A stretch of 64,000 nucleotides of DNA from Andalucia godoyi And28 (Eukaryota > Protista > Jakobida): contig VRVR01000009.1 of assembly GCA_009859145.1 (NCBI GenBank), positions 1 through 64,000 of the forward strand. Direction: 5' to 3'. The position numbers and the translations under genes were made by a program. Of the stretch, positions 62,225 to 64,000 are shown piece by piece (position 1 is the stretch's first letter; every line of letters starts with the position of its first letter). The notes under the pieces were generated by a model, which did not search any database, was not told the DNA's origin, and saw only the letters and a list, made by a program, of their open reading frames with translations.

Positions 62225-64000
62225 TCAGCGACGATTCGACACAACACGTTTCCAATCCTGGACTCTATCTTGATTCTCTGGAGGATAGTCATCGTAGCCT
62301 CGCAGAGTTGACGATGACTGTTGCCGACTGGCGGGCCCGTTTTGCCTCTGGAATGGCGGAGATCTTCCTTGTGATAGGGAACTTCTCGATGGCCGGCCAA
62401 AGCCCGTCGCATTCTCAGAATCCATTCTGCCATTTACCCCGTAGAAGGAATCCGAACCATGCCACTCCTGACCAGTCTCTCGTCCAAAGCCACTGTCTGG
62501 TCTTCTTGTGGCCTGTGAACCTTGTTTGAAAGAGCGCGCATTGTGATGTCCACTTCTGTACATTTGCAGAGACGCCTCTCCACCAACGGACTCAGACGAC
62601 TTTGCAAAATGTGGTCCATCCAGCGAATCAGCCTTTTTGGTACGATCCTTTTTTCGTCTGCTAGTATCTTCCTCTCCGCCCTCGTCATCATCCGCAGCGT
62701 CAAAAACGCTGGTGGAATGCACAAAACCCGGCGGTGTCGGTCCGCGGACCTTCGATTTACTTTCGAACGGCCCGAACTTGGCTCTGGCTTGATCCATCTC
62801 CGGAATCGACATGTGGGACCACAGCACCACAAACTGTCGGTACACATCGTTAATTGCCTCATCCTCTCGCTCGGCAGGACAGCTGTCCATGCTACAATAG
62901 ACCACATCTCGAATCTTGAACTGCAGGCGTGCCAAAAAACTGTGGTCCACGGTTTGCTTGATGAGCAGCGGTTTCGCAATATTCCACGATCGACAGTACT
63001 GCTCTGCTAATTCGCACCAATAGAGCATTGCCTTAGATGCGGTGGAACCGGCGGCAGTTGATCCGGAAGTCGACGACGATGAAGGGGCTGGAATCGGAAT
63101 TGGAATCGGAATTGGAATTGGAATCGCAGCAGAGCCGGGGACTGCAGCAGAGTGTGAGCTTGTCGAAGAACTCCGATGCATCTGTAATGGATTCGTTTGG
63201 TCATTGGATGCAGCCACCACGGTCTCTCGACGATCAATGCCGTCGATGAACATGTTTGACGGTCGCTGTAACGCCGTTGAAGACAATCGTCGAGGAGAGC
63301 CAGGTGAAGGCCGCACAGGAGACCGAGGAGGAGACCGTTCAGGAGACCGGGGAAGCGAATGCGATCTTCGACGGTAAAGAGACGGCTCGTAGTCTCCGTA
63401 CGACGTCAATTCCCATGATTTTGCAGCGAAACTTCCATCTCTTCGGTACGATGGACCAGAACGACGACGGTCTCGATCATGGTCTGCGTACGCGTATGCA
63501 GATACCCCATCCTCTCGGGAGCCTGCATTGGCAGGTGCGCGGTTTCCGCCACTCGGCATGTCGTCCGACCTTGTAGTGAACGGTTGGTGCAATGAACTTC
63601 GCGGACGATCCATCTGCGGCGCATCACTGTGGTGGGATCGGTTTCGCGCACTGGACGCAGACTTCGTTTCCGATGCGGAAACCTCAGAGCCGTATCCATA
63701 CTGGACTATGGAAGGTGCCGGTGGTCCGGGCTGTTTCGGATAGCCTTGTCGCGCTGGAGAGGGGGAGAGGGACGGGGACGGGGACGGGGACGGAGAAGGG
63801 GACGGAGAAGGGGCTGGAGACGAAGATTTGAAGGGATGGCTGGTGCCAGACAGTGACAAGTTCGAATTCACTTGAATAGGGGTCGACGGAGAACGACTCG
63901 AGACCGGAACTTCCTGCAGTGCTGTTGATTTGGCTGATTTCCAAGAAAACCCCATTGGATCCGCAGGCAAGGTCCGTGATAGCGTTGCCGATCGACCACC
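62225..64000 (-). CDS. Hypothetical low-complexity Ser/Pro/Arg-rich protein, 5' end outside the window
   Basis: The frame is open from the window edge (64000) to the stop at 62225. One small globular-looking segment (MLYWCELAEQYC...FVVLWSHM); no family recognised. Confidence 0.7.
   Translation of the reverse strand, partial: GGRSATLSRTLPADPMGFSWKSAKSTALQEVPVSSRSPSTPIQVNSNLSLSGTSHPFKSSSPAPSPSPSPSPSPSPSLSPSPARQGYPKQPGPPAPSIVQYGYGSEVSASETKSASSARNRSHHSDAPQMDRPRSSLHQPFTTRSDDMPSGGNRAPANAGSREDGVSAYAYADHDRDRRRSGPSYRRDGSFAAKSWELTSYGDYEPSLYRRRSHSLPRSPERSPPRSPVRPSPGSPRRLSSTALQRPSNMFIDGIDRRETVVAASNDQTNPLQMHRSSSTSSHSAAVPGSAAIPIPIPIPIPIPAPSSSSTSGSTAAGSTASKAMLYWCELAEQYCRSWNIAKPLLIKQTVDHSFLARLQFKIRDVVYCSMDSCPAEREDEAINDVYRQFVVLWSHMSIPEMDQARAKFGPFESKSKVRGPTPPGFVHSTSVFDAADDDEGGEEDTSRRKKDRTKKADSLDGPHFAKSSESVGGEASLQMYRSGHHNARSFKQGSQATRRPDSGFGRETGQEWHGSDSFYGVNGRMDSENATGFGRPSRSSLSQGRSPPFQRQNGPASRQQSSSTLRGYDDYPPENQDRVQDWKRVVSNRR

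Noticed and set aside
1-64000. Stop-codon reassignment, tRNA or rRNA genes
   Set aside because: TAG (chitinase), TAA (MDH) and TGA (LST8) all end conserved genes at expected positions. I saw no tRNA cloverleaf or rRNA sequence by eye; tRNAscan-SE was not run.

Overview
Gene-dense, intron-poor eukaryotic nuclear DNA from a unicellular flagellate with mitochondria. The evidence is ciliary genes (CFAP74, TTC29, RPGRIP1L-like), mitochondrial genes (Ind1/NUBPL, CMC2), core housekeeping genes (APC2, Pol alpha, ValRS, Rpt5, eIF2-gamma, TOP3B, LST8) and three phase-compatible GT-AG introns. The standard genetic code appears to be used (TAA, TAG and TGA all end recognisable genes). A compact-genome jakobid/discoban-like protist is my guess, not something the sequence proves. 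The first ~9 kb looks accessory: a GC-rich GH18 chitinase, a decayed hybrid histidine kinase, an FkbM methyltransferase, a stand-alone SRI domain, an AHSA1-VOC fusion and a GNAT. The most notable signal is not in the ORF track. At ~61.65-62.03 kb (+) an internally deleted TnpB/Fanzor-type element joins the N-terminal HTH motif (RAVRIKMHPSQEQRATLRKW) directly to the C-terminal RuvC-III motif (IDRDW/NGARNIYLK, split by a 1-nt frameshift). It is followed by a multi-hairpin segment with the layout expected of an omegaRNA scaffold. All family calls come from motif recognition by eye; no searches were run.
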